NCBI GenBank assembly: GCA_951406725.2
Contig: OX597814.1
Location: 218,674,001 to 218,738,000 of the forward strand
Direction: 5' to 3'
Length of the DNA: 64,000 nt
DNA from: Octopus vulgaris
Taxonomy: Eukaryota
A program made the position numbers and the translations under genes. The notes below the pieces were generated by a model, which searched no databases, had not been told where the DNA came from, and worked only from the letters and a program-made list of their open reading frames with translations. Of this stretch, positions 1 through 13,450 are shown in pieces. How positions within the stretch are numbered: the first letter of the stretch is position 1; the number at the start of each line of letters is the position of its first letter.

Positions 1-972
1 ATGTATGTATGTATGCATGCATGTATGTATGTATGTATGTATGTATGTATGTATGCATGTATGTATGTATGCATGTATGCATGTATGCATGCATGCATGC
101 ATGTATGTATGTATGTATGCATGCATGCATGCATGTATGTATGTATGTATGTATGTATGTATGCATTCATGTATGTATGTATGTATGTATGTATGTATGT
201 ATGTATGTATGTATGTATGTATGTATGCATGCATGTATGTATGTATGTATGTATGCATGCATGTATGTATGTATGTATGTATGTATGTATGTATGTATGT
301 ATGTATGTATGTATGCATGTATGTATGTATGTATGTATGTATGTATGTATGTATGTATGCATGTATGTATGTATGCATGTATGCATGTATGCATGCATGC
401 ATGCATGTATGTATGTATGTATGCATGCATGCATGCATGTATGTATGTATGTATGTATGTATGCATTCATGTATGTATGTATGTATGTATGTATGTATGT
501 ATGTATGTATGTATGTATGTATGTATGTATGTATGTATGTATGTATGTGTGTATGTATGTATGTATGTATGTATGCATGTATGCATGCATGCATGCATGT
601 ATGTATGTATGTATGCATGCATGCATGCATGTATGTATGTATGTATGTATGCATTCATGTATGTATGTATGTATGTATGTATGTATGTATGTATGTATGT
701 ATGTATGTATGTATGTATGCATGTATGTATGTATGTATGTATGTATGTATGCATGTATGTATGTATGCATGTATGCATGTATGCATGCATGCATGCATGT
801 ATGTATGTATGTATGCATGCATGCATGCATGTATGTATGTATGTATGTATGTATGTATGCATTCATGTATGTATGTATGTATGTATGTATGTATGTATGT
901 ATGTATGTATGTATGTATGTATGCATGTATGTATGTATGCATTCATGTATGTATGTATGTATGTGAATGTAT
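1..972. repeat. (ATGT/ATGC)n tetranucleotide satellite with higher-order blocks
   Basis: Continuous ATGT with interspersed ATGC; marker variant GCATTCATG at 163, 463, 651, 859, 939. Confidence 0.98.
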
Positions 973-1035
973 GTATCTGGTAGTGGATTTGTTTGGTAGA
1001 TCCTTGAATCATTCAATTATCGCTTCTGTGTGCAT

Positions 1036-1084
<49 letters not shown>

Positions 1085-1559
1085 CATGTATATATGTGTG
1101 TTTATGTGTGCATGCGCGCGCGTGTTTGTATATTTTGCATAAAAGCAGGAAGGCATAAAATTGCGCATAAAGTTAATTGTATTCAACAGCTTTTTAATTA
1201 AGACAAAAATACATCAAATATATGATTACATAATTGTGATAAGTAACTAATAGAAATTAAATCAATTCAAATTAAGCTAAGACAGATGAGCCGATAGGGA
1301 TATCAAAATTATTATAATCAGATGTTTGATTTCAATAATTATCACTGAATGAAAGAAGTGTACTACGTGCTGATAAAATGGTTATTATGTCTGTTGCGGG
1401 GAAATTTTCAAGCGTCGATATGGGTCTTGCTAAAGTATTTTGGACATCCAGAAGAGTAATAGTTATTAATATCAAACTGTAAGAAGCTTTTTTTTTTCTT
1501 ATTTACTTCTATCACATGCATATGCATAGTTCCTTTTTCTCTTTTTAATTTAGATTTAA

Positions 1560-2080
1560 CTAGCAGCATAGCCCGGCATTGCCCGGGTATGTAAGAGCCC
1601 CTGGAGCAGACATGATGCTCGCTGTGAATTTTAAAAAAATTCCTGCCAATTTGTGAAAGATATTGTCGAAAATATGTCATCTTGAATTTGAACGCGATTT
1701 CCCAAAATGGCATGATTTTATCGACTTTTTCTGATGGTAAGGTATTGCATGGAAAAATAACGGCAGAATTAAGTTTCTTAGGGTAACATTAAGCTTCACC
1801 ATGAGTTTGGTGAAAATCGATTGCAAGTTGCGAAAACTACAACAGAAAATGTGTTGCAAATAAAAAGCTTAGATTCTCGACCCCATGTCGAATTTATCAA
1901 TTTTTTTCAGAACTAGGGGAACTTTTCAAAATTTTCGCTACGTTAGTTTTGAATTATGACATTGGGCTATGTGTGTGCCAAGTTTCATCAGAATCGGTTG
2001 AAAGCCGTGGTCAGGGTGAGGGTACAACCTGACAGACACACAGATACACAGACAGACAAACTGCCGTTCATATAGAGAGA
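1560..2080 (-). mobile_element. Non-autonomous Helitron (family H1)
   Basis: Minus strand starts TC (TCTCTCTATATG) and ends CTAG, with subterminal hairpin CCCGG-GCAATG-CCGGG; inserted between A and T with no TSD. Confidence 0.85.
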
Positions 2081-2129
2081 TTTTGACCGTCCGCCTGCTT
2101 AGTAGAAAGGTTATGAAGAAAAACATCCT

Positions 2130-2435
2130 GTTTTATTCTTGATCCTTAAATCTTAGGAAGGTCATGCAAATTCTTATTGTTCCAGACATCGTGACCATTT
2201 GCAGCATTTGAATGAAGGAGTTGCGTTCTCTCCTCGGGAACACAAATTCAGCCATACTTTGTCCCATGCGGGTTGGTTCAATAACAGTAGTCATGGAGCT
2301 AAAAGTGCATCTTTATCTTGGGTACAGGATTTGCAAACTCCATATTAATGGTTCGTAGACGTTTTCTTTCTCCTCTACTTTTCGAACCACATTGGTGTCC
2401 AGAGCTCCGCTGATTTCAACAACAGAGTATATCTC
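2130..2435 (-). mobile_element. 3' fragment of restriction-like-endonuclease (RLE) non-LTR retrotransposon
   Basis: Track ORF 2313..2600 ends VVEISGALDTNVVRKVEEKENVYEPL; manual reading continues to LQMVTMSGTIRICMTFLRF, resembling an RLE C-terminus. Confidence 0.55.
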
Positions 2436-2459
2436 TTGTCTGACTGTCTGTCTATCTGT

Positions 2460-2495
<36 letters not shown>

Positions 2496-2549
2496 AGTGA
2501 GAGAGAGAGAGAGAGATACATATAAATATATATGTATGTATATATGAAA

Positions 2550-2933
2550 GGAAGCACTCCGTCGGTTACGACGATGAGGGTTCCGGTTGATCCGAATCAA
2601 CGGAACAGCCTGCTCGTGAAATTAACGTGTAAGTGGCTGAGCACTCCACAGACACGTGTACCCTTAACGTAGTTCTCAGGGATATTCAGCGTGACACAGA
2701 GAGTGACAAGGCTGGCCCTTTGAAATACAGGTACAACAGAAACAGGAAGAAAGAGTGAGAGAAAGTTGTGGTGAAAGAGTACAGCAGGGATCACCACCAT
2801 CCCCTGCCGGAGCATCGTGGAGCTTGAGGTGTTTTCGCTCAATAAACACTCACAACGCCCGGTCTGGGAATCGAAACCGCGATCCTATGACCGCGAGTCC
2901 GCTACCCTAACCTCTGGGCCATTGCGCCTCCAC
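2550..2933 (-). mobile_element. tRNA-derived SINE family A (tRNA-Arg-like head)
   Basis: Minus strand head with A box TGGCCCAGaGG and B box GGTTTCGATTCCC; TSD GTATGTATATAT; near-identical to seven other copies in the window. Confidence 0.93.
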
Positions 2934-3507
2934 GTATGTATATATATCTATATATACGCCGTTTTTCAAAGTACTTTTAGAGATTTACAGACTATCACGC
3001 AGTTTTCATCCGCAGCGTTTATCTCCAAGCATTGTTCGCCTCACTCATTACAGATGTATTTTCTTTTGTTGGTAAGCTTTTAATTATTTGATAGTGCGTA
3101 GATATCTTGTTCGTCTTCATTTGCTAAATAAAGACGAAAGTATCCAAACAGTTATGGTTGAAAAGCTTCATCAAATACATATTCTTTGGCGGCCACCTAT
3201 CTGCTATGATTATGTTATGCAGAATTTTATTGGAAGAAGGAAATGTCAGCTTTGCCTTTGTCTCAAGCTTTTTTCTCCATTCTCTGAAATAAACAATCTC
3301 CAGATTATATTAGAAACCTGTCCCGTTTCTCAACGATCTACATTGCTCGTATCTTAGTATGCGGTCATCGTCTGTTCATACGACATACCTTGTCTATCGC
3401 AGGTGGTGACAGTGAATCAGTGCTTCCATAGTTTCTGACATAGCTAGCGACATATCTGTAGCGGGGAAATTTTCAAGCGACAATGAGTTGTCTTTACATA
3501 CAGCGGT

Positions 3508-3509
<2 letters not shown>

Positions 3510-3573
<64 letters not shown>

Positions 3574-5360
3574 CACACACACACGCGCGCGCGCACATAC
3601 ACTCACACATACATACACACACACACACACGCACGCATGCATACCAATGCACACATACACACGCGCATGCATACCAATAACATACGCACACGCACACATA
3701 CACACACACATTGACTCATACACACATACACATACACGACACACTCACACACACACACACACGACACACACGCACACATACACACACATACACCACAAAT
3801 ACACTCACACATATACACACACACACACATACGACACACACGCACACATACACACACACATACGCCACAAATACACTCACACATATACCACAAATACACA
3901 CACACACAGACACACGCGCACACATATACACACACACATACACCACAAATACACTCACACATATACCACAAATACACACACACATACACACACACATACA
4001 CCACAAATACACTCACACATATACCACAAATACACACACACACAGACACACGCGCACACATACACACACACATACACCACAAATACACTCACACATACAC
4101 CACAAATACACACACACACACACGACACACACGCACACATACACACACACATACACCACAAATACACTCACACATGCACCACAAATACACACACACACAC
4201 ACGACACACGCGCACACATACACACACACATACACCACAAATACACTCACACATATACCACAAATACACACACACACAGACACACACGCACACACACACA
4301 CACACACATACACCACAAATACACTCACACATATACCACAAATACACACACACACAGACACACGCGCACACATATACACACACATACACCACAAATACAC
4401 TCACACATATACCACAAATACACACACACACAGACACACGCGCACACATATACACACACATACACCACAAATACACTCACACATATACCACAAATACACA
4501 CACACACGACACACGCGCACACATACACACACACATACACCACAAATACACTCACACATACACCACAAATACACACACACACACACGACACACACGCACA
4601 CACACGCACACACACACACACACATACACCACAAATACACTCACACATGCACCACAAATACACACACACACACGACACACGCGCACACATACACACACAC
4701 ATACACCACAAATACACTCACACATATACCACAAATACACACACACACAGACACACGCGCACACATACACACACACATACACCACAAATACACTCACACA
4801 TATACCACAAATACACACACACACAGACACACGCGCACACATATACACACACATACACCACAAATACACTCACACATATACCACAAATACACACACACAC
4901 AGACACACGCGCACACATATACACACACATACACCACAAATACACTCACACATATACCACAAATACACACACACACAGACACACGCGCACACATATACAC
5001 ACACATACACCACAAATACACTCACACATATACCACAAATACACACACACACAGACACACGCGCACACATACACACACACATACACCACAAATACACTCA
5101 CACATATACCACACACACACAGACACACGCGCACACATATACACACACATACACCACAAATACACTCACACATATACCACAAATACACACACACACACGA
5201 CACACACGCACACATACACACACACATACACCACAAATACACTCACACATATACCACAAATACACACACACACAGACACACGCGCACACATATACACACA
5301 CATACACCACAAATACACTCACACATATACCACAAATACACACACACACACACACACACA
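3510..5360. repeat. (CT)n followed by a CA-rich ~76-bp composite minisatellite
   Basis: Unit CACACACATACACCACAAATACACTCACACATATACCACAAATACACACACACACAGACACACGCGCACACATATA repeated about 20 times from ~3760 to 5340. Confidence 0.95.
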
Positions 5361-5369
5361 CTCAGTGTT

Positions 5370-5740
5370 GTACAACACTCGAGCGTGTTATACAGGCATT
5401 CATACAGCAATCCATGATATTTATAAAATTGTTTATTACTGATCTTTTATGCAAACACAAAGCGACTAAGTGCGTTCGGAAGCTGCAGATCAGTTTAACG
5501 GCCTCTTGAATGGTGGAGAAGATGGGAACGGAACGAAATTTAGTAATGATGGATCACATGGAAAAACTGCAATATTTTGGCCATGTTTTCAGGGACCCAG
5601 GCCCTCTGTGCACGCATCCCCGAAGGCTGGGTGGAAGGAAAACGGGTGTATGGGTAACAAAGACGATTGACCGATGATATCAAGCAGTAGACAACCGAAA
5701 ATAATGCTGATTTCTGCCACAGCATTGAGTTCTTTTGTAA
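5370..5740 (+). mobile_element. Decayed 3' end of RTE-clade LINE
   Basis: Manual reading KLQYFGHVFR...EGWVEGKR...TDDIKQ resembles the RTE/BovB-type C-terminal motif; frameshifted. Confidence 0.6.
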
Positions 5741-5767
5741 AGCATCGAATTAACGGACATAAACTGT

Positions 5768-6202
5768 TGTAGTAACGCCATTTTGGAAGTCTTCAGCGCG
5801 TATGCGCAGAGTTGGATTCTTCCGGGAGGCCTGCCGGAAGTTCCCTCATGCGCATGCGTAGAAAACTAGCAGCAATAAAATCTCCCGCGTATCGACCTCT
5901 CTCGAATGCTGACAGTCGAACAGGACGGTCGTGTTTTAACATCTCCCCCCAAGCTGCCACCTCGTGGCGTTGCTACACTATGCTGGAACAGACAGGATTT
6001 GCCTCATTCCACTTGACCACCGCAACGAGCTCCTAGGCTACCGATTCGCCCGGAAGAAGAATGTATATATTGCTTATCCAGAAATAAAATATTTATGCTG
6101 TTGAAGATATTCAGAAGTCTTGGCTTTTCCTTCGATAAATAATTTAATGTAAAGGATGAGAGCTGCACCCCTCCAGTGTTACAGATCTTTCATCCTGCTA
6201 CA
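5768..6202 (+). mobile_element. Solo LTR, 435 bp (family L1)
   Basis: TGTAG...CTACA termini, 4-bp TSD CTGT, internal AATAAA; homologous inverted copy at 49222-49656. Confidence 0.88.
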
Positions 6203-6863
6203 CTGTTATCAGCTGGTTCATGTCAAAAATATGGAAAATAAGCTCGAATTGATTTTCAGTGTTGTTCTGTAAATGTTGTGTAGCCCTTACCCCAAGATCG
6301 GGCCCAAGATCTGTTTGATGCGCGTTAATATAGGTGATAAGGCTGAATGATAAATAGAAGACTAAATAAAAGAAAATAGTATAAATTTGCAAAATCAAAT
6401 TTGCGGAACCGTGACTATAATTCAATTATATATAAATTTATTTAAATTTAATTAGTAAAGCGGTGACTAACATAATGTAGTGAGATAAGTTTTAATTAAT
6501 TGAATTTACTTCCATAATGAGGTGAGACAAAATCAATGGTTAAATGGCTAATTCTGATTAAAATAAGGTGAAACAGATCTCGATATCAAAACTGATTAAA
6601 CATTAGAATGCCGTAGAGAATGAATCTCACCTTTGGCAAGACGGAGACAACTCTGGACATATTTTGGCCCTATTATATTTCTTTAGCTAAGCATAGTTTA
6701 ACTGTTACTACCAGAGCTTGATGACTCGTGGGGTATATAGAATTTTAGTGGATGAACACAAAAGGGAGATCACAACATACCAGGATGATCGGAGCCTGCT
6801 ACTAAATAACAAATAGCATAGTAAGCACTAAAAATGTAGTGAACCAAAAAATTTTAGTTAATA

Positions 6864-7353
6864 CTAGCAGTATCGCCCGGCGTTGCTCGGGTTTGTAAGG
6901 GAAATAACTATATAAGCATTTTTAGAGAGTTACTTCCCTTATGCAATAGCAAAAAATGCATTAAAATGTGAAAAAATGATGGTAAATTTTTTTTAAAAAT
7001 CGTAGACTCATCGTAGACATTTTTAGAGAGTTACTTCCCTTATATAATAGCGAAAAAAGTGCATTAAAATGGAAAAAAATTATGGTAAATTTTTTATTAA
7101 TCGTTGACTCATCGTAGACATTTTTAGAGAGTTACTTCCCTTATATAATAGCGAAAAAAATGCATTAAAATGGGAAAAAATGATGGTAAATTTTTTTTTA
7201 AATCGTAGACGCGCGCTAATACCCAGAAGGGCTCGATATGAACCATGACTATAAGATACCCGCTTTTGGTTACACTGCACCGCAAAATGTGGGAGTAGTT
7301 AGGAATCTAAATCGTAGGAGACAGACACACAACTTCACTTTTATATATAAAGA
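6864..7353 (-). mobile_element. Non-autonomous Helitron (family H2) with internal ~101-bp tandem triplication
   Basis: Minus strand TCTTTATATA...CCCGAGCAACGCCGGG-CGATACTG-CTAG, A|T target; unit CATTTTTAGAGAGTTACTTCCCTTAT at ~6917, 7018, 7119. Confidence 0.88.
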
Positions 7354-7809
7354 TTACACCCACAATTAAAAGAACTAATCGTTATCTTACTGACTAATAA
7401 TTATGGTCAGAAAAGCCTGAGATAGATAATCTTCGTAATTTTAATTAAAACAAGTTAAAGTTTGATTTTCTGGTTATTATATTAATCACCCCTCTTGAGT
7501 TATTGGATCTTTTAAAATTTAAATAGCCTTTAAATTGAACCGAGTTCTTCTGAATCTACCGAGGCCCTTTTAAATTTTGGGGGGCTCTTTATTATCTAAT
7601 GCTTTGGATTAGCAAAATTGTCGGGGTTCCTAAACCAATTAGTCCAGGGGTGCCACTAGGGCTAAATCTGACCCCGACTGCCATCAATAGGGGCAGAAAT
7701 AAGATAAAAAAAACCTTACAGATATGTGTTTGTGGATTATTCTTCTTTCTTGCAGCTTTCCAAAATTTCCTGTCTCACCCTAGGTTTTCATTCAGGGTCA
7801 TACTACAAA

Positions 7810-7840
<31 letters not shown>

Positions 7841-8136
7841 GTGTGTTTGCGTGCGTGCGTGTGTGTGCGTGTGTGTATGCGTATGTGTGTGTATGTGTGT
7901 GCGTGTGTGTGTATGTATGTAATGTGTGTGTGATGTGTGCGTATTGTGTGTGTTTGATCGTATACAAATATTAATGTAAAAAGTTCCGAACGTCTTCAGT
8001 GAACAAAAAGAGAATTTGGGATGACACACAGACATATCGATGCACTGGGACAGTATTTTAGGAAATTGTATTCTTGTAATAGTAATACTCAAAGAAAGTT
8101 ACGTAGATAAATAAATACATACATACATACATACAT

Positions 8137-8169
<33 letters not shown>

Positions 8170-8926
8170 TGGTGGTGGCTGCCCCCTCGTTATCGAGTAT
8201 GGCCATTGCACAAAGCTTAATCAATGTTGTTATCGTGCAATGCCTGTGCAAGAAGATATTTTTAAAGTGAGGAAAGGCTGTGCACTGAGTCAATCCCACT
8301 CACTAAGCAACAGCAGCCATAATCCGAAAAAGAAGAACAAGTCAACATCATCGGTAACCACTGAGCCGCAGGTTTTATGTCGGAGTCATCCCAGTTACCT
8401 GAGTTACCTTCTCCTAGAAGGATGCCCTAACAAAAGCTAGGAGTCCTTCACTCCCAATGGTTTAACTACGCGATCGGGTATTCAATCCGGTTATTTCTAT
8501 GTCCCCGTGCATGATACAGCCTTAAGACATTTATTGGATGACCGTTGACTCTCAAGAGTTCCCCCGCCCTTTGACGGGTTTTATTTTTCATTCCGCAGGG
8601 TGACCAATAAACACCCTCCTCACCAAGCGAGCTATGTGGGTTTGCCGGTTTAGTAGCCCACGACCCGACCATGCAACAGGTTGTACTGGGTTACATGTTA
8701 CCAGTAGCACTCGAAAGTGACCTGATACATACTTACATACATACATACATACATATATGTATGGGTTTCCGTGTGTGCGTTTATGTATAAATTCTTTTAG
8801 TCCTTTATTGTTTTCAGTCATTAAACTGCGCACACACACAAAGACACACAAATTCTTCTGTACCTCAATCTTTCTTGGTTTTATTAAACTGCAGAGATAT
8901 TCAATGCATGAATGTGTGTGTAGTTA

Positions 8927-9021
<95 letters not shown>

Positions 9022-9060
9022 GTGTGTATGTGTATGTGCTTGTGTGTGTATGTATATACT

Positions 9061-9443
9061 ACGGCACACCGTCGGTTACGACGAGGAGGGTTCCGGTTGA
9101 TCCGAATCAACGGAACAGCCTGCTCGTGAAATTAGCGTGCAAGTGGCTGAGTACTCCACAGACACGTGTACTCTTAACGTATTTCTCGGGGAGATTCAGC
9201 GTGACACAGAGAGTGACAAGGCCGGCCCTTTGAAATACAGGTACACCAGAAACAGGAAGAAAGTGTAAGAGAAAGTTGTGTCGAAAGAGTACAGCAGGGA
9301 TCACCACCATCCCCTGCCGGAGCCTCGTGGAGCTTTAGGTGCTTTCGCTCAATAAACACTCACAACGCCCGGTCTGGAAATCGAACCCGCGCTTCTATGA
9401 CCACGAGTCCGCTGCCCTAACCACTGGGCCATTGCGCCTCCAC
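9061..9443 (-). mobile_element. SINE family A
   Basis: Colinear with 2550-2933; TSD GTATGTATATA. Confidence 0.93.
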
Positions 9444-9492
9444 GTATGTATATAAATATAGAAGTGAAGAATGGAGTTGCTGGTATAACATC

Positions 9493-9864
9493 CAGGGTTA
9501 GCCAAAAGTCACGCGACAGTAAATCAAAATTCCATAAATACGTAATATTTAATTTTAGTTATTCATCCGGAAAAATGGTGTCGCTCAAGAGGGACTTCAG
9601 TTCGAGCAATTTTCATGATGTTTCATATTTAGATGCTTTCATTAAATTCATTCAGTTGTTAAACATAAATAAACCCACTTCTGACATTCGTAACTTATAG
9701 GCGCAGGAGTGGCTGGGTGGTAAGTAGCTTGCTAACCTACCACATGGTTCCGGGTTCAGTCCCACTGCGTGGCATCTTGGGCATGTGTCTTCTGCTATAG
9801 CCTCGGGCCGACCAAAGCCTTGTGAGTGGATTTGGTAGACGGAAACTGAAAGAAGCCCGTCGTA

Positions 9865-9923
<59 letters not shown>

Positions 9924-10200
9924 ATGTTTGTATGTCTGTGTTTGTCCCCCTAGCATTGCTTGACAACCGATGCTGGTGTGTTTATGTCCCCGTTACTTAG
10001 CGGTTCGGCAAAAGTGACCGATAGAATAAGTACTGGGCTTACAAAAAGAATAAGTCCCGGGGTCGAGTTGCTCGACTAAAGGCGGTGCTCCAGCATGGCC
10101 GCAGTCAAATGACTGAAACAAGTAAAAGAAAAGAATAAAAGAACAAACGTTGGAATTAAATGGTTTTGATTTACTGTCAGGTGACTTTTGGCCAACCCTG
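9493..10200. mobile_element. Tc1/mariner-type MITE containing a nested SINE B
   Basis: ~37-bp imperfect TIRs CAGGGTTaGCCAAAAGTCACgcGACAGTAAATCAAAA / TTTTGATTTACTGTCAGGTGACTTTTGGCCAACCCTG; TA on the right flank. Confidence 0.75.
9700..10141 (+). mobile_element. SINE family B (tRNA-like head, CORE-like CTTGGGCAAGTG, internal (TA)n(TG)n)
   Basis: GGCGCAGGAGTGGCTG...GGTTCAGTCCC head and purine-rich AAAAGA tail; five near-full copies in the window. Confidence 0.9.
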
Positions 10201-10428
10201 TATATTCCACGGTTTGCAATCGTTTCAACACCGTTTATGTGACAAATCAAATATCGTGAATGGAGATATGAATGCGAACGATGACAGAGCCGTTTCCATT
10301 GTGTAATGCTTCGTCCGTAATGACCTCGACAGTTATTTAATAATAACCGAACGAATGAATATAAAACCGCTTGCGAGAGCTGCTACCTGACAAAAACGCT
10401 TGGAATATCTGATCCTCCTCTCACTTAT

Positions 10429-10431
<3 letters not shown>

Positions 10432-10523
<92 letters not shown>

Positions 10524-10560
10524 GTATTTGCGTGTGTGAGTGTGTGTATTTGTGTGTGTA

Positions 10561-10593
<33 letters not shown>

Positions 10594-10765
10594 GTGAGTG
10601 TGTGTGTATGTGTATGTGTGTGTGTGTGCTTGTGTGTGTGTATGTGAGTGTAAATGTATATATGTGTGTGTATGTATATATATATGTATGAATGAATAAC
10701 TACCTACCTCTTTGAACACCTCCGCACACGCAAGCATACACACATACACACAAATCCACACACAC

Positions 10766-10820
<55 letters not shown>
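10432..10820. repeat. Facing (TG)n and (CA)n tracts
   Basis: TG-rich 10432-10670 followed by CA-rich 10735-10820. Confidence 0.9.
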
Positions 10821-10823
<3 letters not shown>

Positions 10824-11024
10824 ACACACTTACTCGCCCGCGCGCGCAATTTATTGTTTCTTTGCAGCATGATTAGACGTTTCAAGTCTCGTTTATTCTC
10901 AGAAGAATCGTCAGTCGAAACCTATGTCGTAAGGAAACAATAAACTGAATTTACCAACTCTGTAATATGATGATTTTTTATTGTGTGAATTATTAAAATC
11001 AGCCGTTCAGGTGCTCAGAATTTT

Positions 11025-11401
11025 ATACATACATACATACATACATGCATACATGCATACATACATACATACATACATACATACATACATACATACATAC
11101 ATACATACATACATACATGCATGCATACATACATACATACATACATACATACATACATACATACATACATACATGCATACATGCATACATACATACATAC
11201 ATACATACGTACATACGTACATACGTACATACGTACATACATACATACATACATACATACATACATACATGCATACATACATACATACATACATACATAC
11301 ATACATACATACATACATACATACATACGTACATACGTACATACATACATACATACATACATACATACATACATACATACATACATACATACATACATAC
11401 A
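11025..11401. repeat. (ATAC)n microsatellite
   Basis: Direct reading. Confidence 0.97.
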
Positions 11402-11755
11402 TTACATATATGTAGGTAGTCTGCCCTGAAACAAAGCTTGACCACTTCACGCCCAAATATAACGTTAAATCCGCAAGTGGGAACAGATATGGCTTTTGAG
11501 CCCAGATACTCTCTAAGAAAAAATATTGCCAGCGTGTCCTGAATCTGTTATTTTGTTGTGCTTTTTGTCCATTTTTAGATGTCTCTTTAGACCTCCAGAG
11601 AATTTATACATCTTTTGACAAAAATGACACTGAAAGGCATTTTTCTTGCATAAAATTATGGTATTGGGAGGGGCGTGGTTTAAAGTTGTTCTTGTGTGAC
11701 CGTAAATGAGATTTTAGACCAGGTTTTGAGAGACAGATTCTGCCACATTCTTAAT

Positions 11756-12133
11756 GGAAGCACTCCGTCGGTTACAACGACGAGGGTTCCGGTTGATCCG
11801 AATCAACGGAACAGCCTGCTCGTGAAATTAACGTGTAAGTGGCTGAGCACTCCACAGACACGTGTACCCTTAACGTAGTTCTCGGGGATATTCAGCGTGA
11901 CACAGAGAGTGACAAGGCCGGCCCTTTGAAATACAGGTACAACAGAAACAGGAAGTAAGAGTAAGTTGTGGTGAAAGAGTACAGCAGGGATCACCACAAT
12001 CCCCTGCCGGAGCCTCGTGGAGCTTTAGGTGTTTTCGCTCAATAAACACTCACAACGCCCGGTCTGGGAATCGAAACCGCGATCCTACGACCGCGAGTCC
12101 GCTGCCCTAACCACTGGGCCATTGCGCCTCCAC
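11756..12133 (-). mobile_element. SINE family A
   Basis: Full length; TSD TCTGCCACATTC. Confidence 0.93.
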
Positions 12134-12139
12134 TCTGCC

Positions 12140-13225
12140 ACATTCACTGATATGAATTCTGTCCTGAGGTGTCGGCAAAGTTTCCTTTGCATAGTTTTCT
12201 TTTCAATTCATAGAGCCCAAGTCGTTTGCTCTCAATTGTTCGCACACCTTTCCAAATATTTTCTCACTATAACTTCCTATCAGTTGCAAAGTATTCAATT
12301 TGTTTAAATGGAACATTGATATGTCTACGGTAAGATTTAATATTATTTCTGAATCTTTTTCGTGGTCTGCTATTCCACCGCCAGTTTACCATACAGGAAG
12401 TTGTTTGGGTATACGTTCGGATGGAAGCACTCCGTCGGTTACGACGATGAGGGTTCCGGTTGATCCGAATCAACGGAACAGCCTGCTCGTGAAATTAACG
12501 TGTAAGTGGCTGAGCACTCCACAGACACGTGCACCCTTAACGTAGTTCTCGGGGATATTCAGCGTGACACAGAGAGTGACAAGGCCGGCCCCTTGGAATA
12601 CAGGTACAACAGAAACAGGAAGTAAGAGTGAGAGAAAGTTGTGGTGAAAGAGTACAGCAGGGATCACCACCACCCCCTGCCGGAGCCTCGTGGAGAATTA
12701 GGTGTTTTCGCTCAATAAACACTCACAACGCCCGGTCTGGGAATCGAAACCGCGATCCTTTGACCGCAAGTCCGCTGCCCTAACCATTGGGCCATTGCCT
12801 CTCCACGGGTATACGTTTAGCATCCATACGGATGATGTGTCCGGTCCATCGTAATTAGTTTCTCATGAAAGGCGATTCAACTGAAAAAATTCCTGCTTGG
12901 CTAAGAACAGTATCTGGGGTGTTTGATTTCCAGATTACTTTTAAGATGTGTCTCAGACACTTTTGATGGAAGCGCTCAGATGTTTTGATATGGCGAACAT
13001 AAGTTGTCCAGGATTTTGAGGAATACAGAAGAGATGAGCAGACAAAAGCAGAATAGACTACAATTTTCGTTTCACATATGTGGCGCTGTGACTATACTAT
13101 GGATTTTAAACCACCAAAAATGCTGCCTGTTGTATGCGCAAAGGTATCTCTGTATCTGAATTTCCACAAGGATTAACATAGCTTCCAGGATATTCAAATG
13201 AATATCTGCTTTCTTCAAATTTATT
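12140..13225 (-). mobile_element. Decayed RTE-clade LINE 3' region interrupted by SINE A
   Basis: Manual reading ERFHQKCLRHILKVIW and RWTGHIIRMDAKRIPKQL; the latter is restored when the SINE and one TSD copy are removed. Confidence 0.75.
12423..12806 (-). mobile_element. SINE family A
   Basis: Full length; TSD GGGTATACGTT. Confidence 0.93.
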
Positions 13226-13231
13226 ATCAAA

Positions 13232-13302
13232 ACATACATACATACATACATACATACATACATACATACATACATACATACATACATACATACATACATA
13301 CA

Positions 13303-13334
<32 letters not shown>

Positions 13335-13418
13335 CATACACATACCTACCTACCTACCTACCTACCTACCTACATACATACATACATACATACATACATA
13401 CATACATACATACATACA

Positions 13419-13450
<32 letters not shown>

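Noticed and set aside
1-1201. Long MYVC-repeat ORFs (also 40.4-41.6, 44.4-45.6, 49.8-50.9 kb)
   Set aside because: Stop-free translations of (ATGT)n in all frames; no domain or splice evidence.
3488-5509. 673-aa His/Thr-rich ORF
   Set aside because: Artefact of a CA-rich minisatellite; open in several frames.
8170-8725. GC-richer block, possible RTE 5' UTR with HDV-like ribozyme
   Set aside because: Could not build the nested double pseudoknot by eye; family unassigned.
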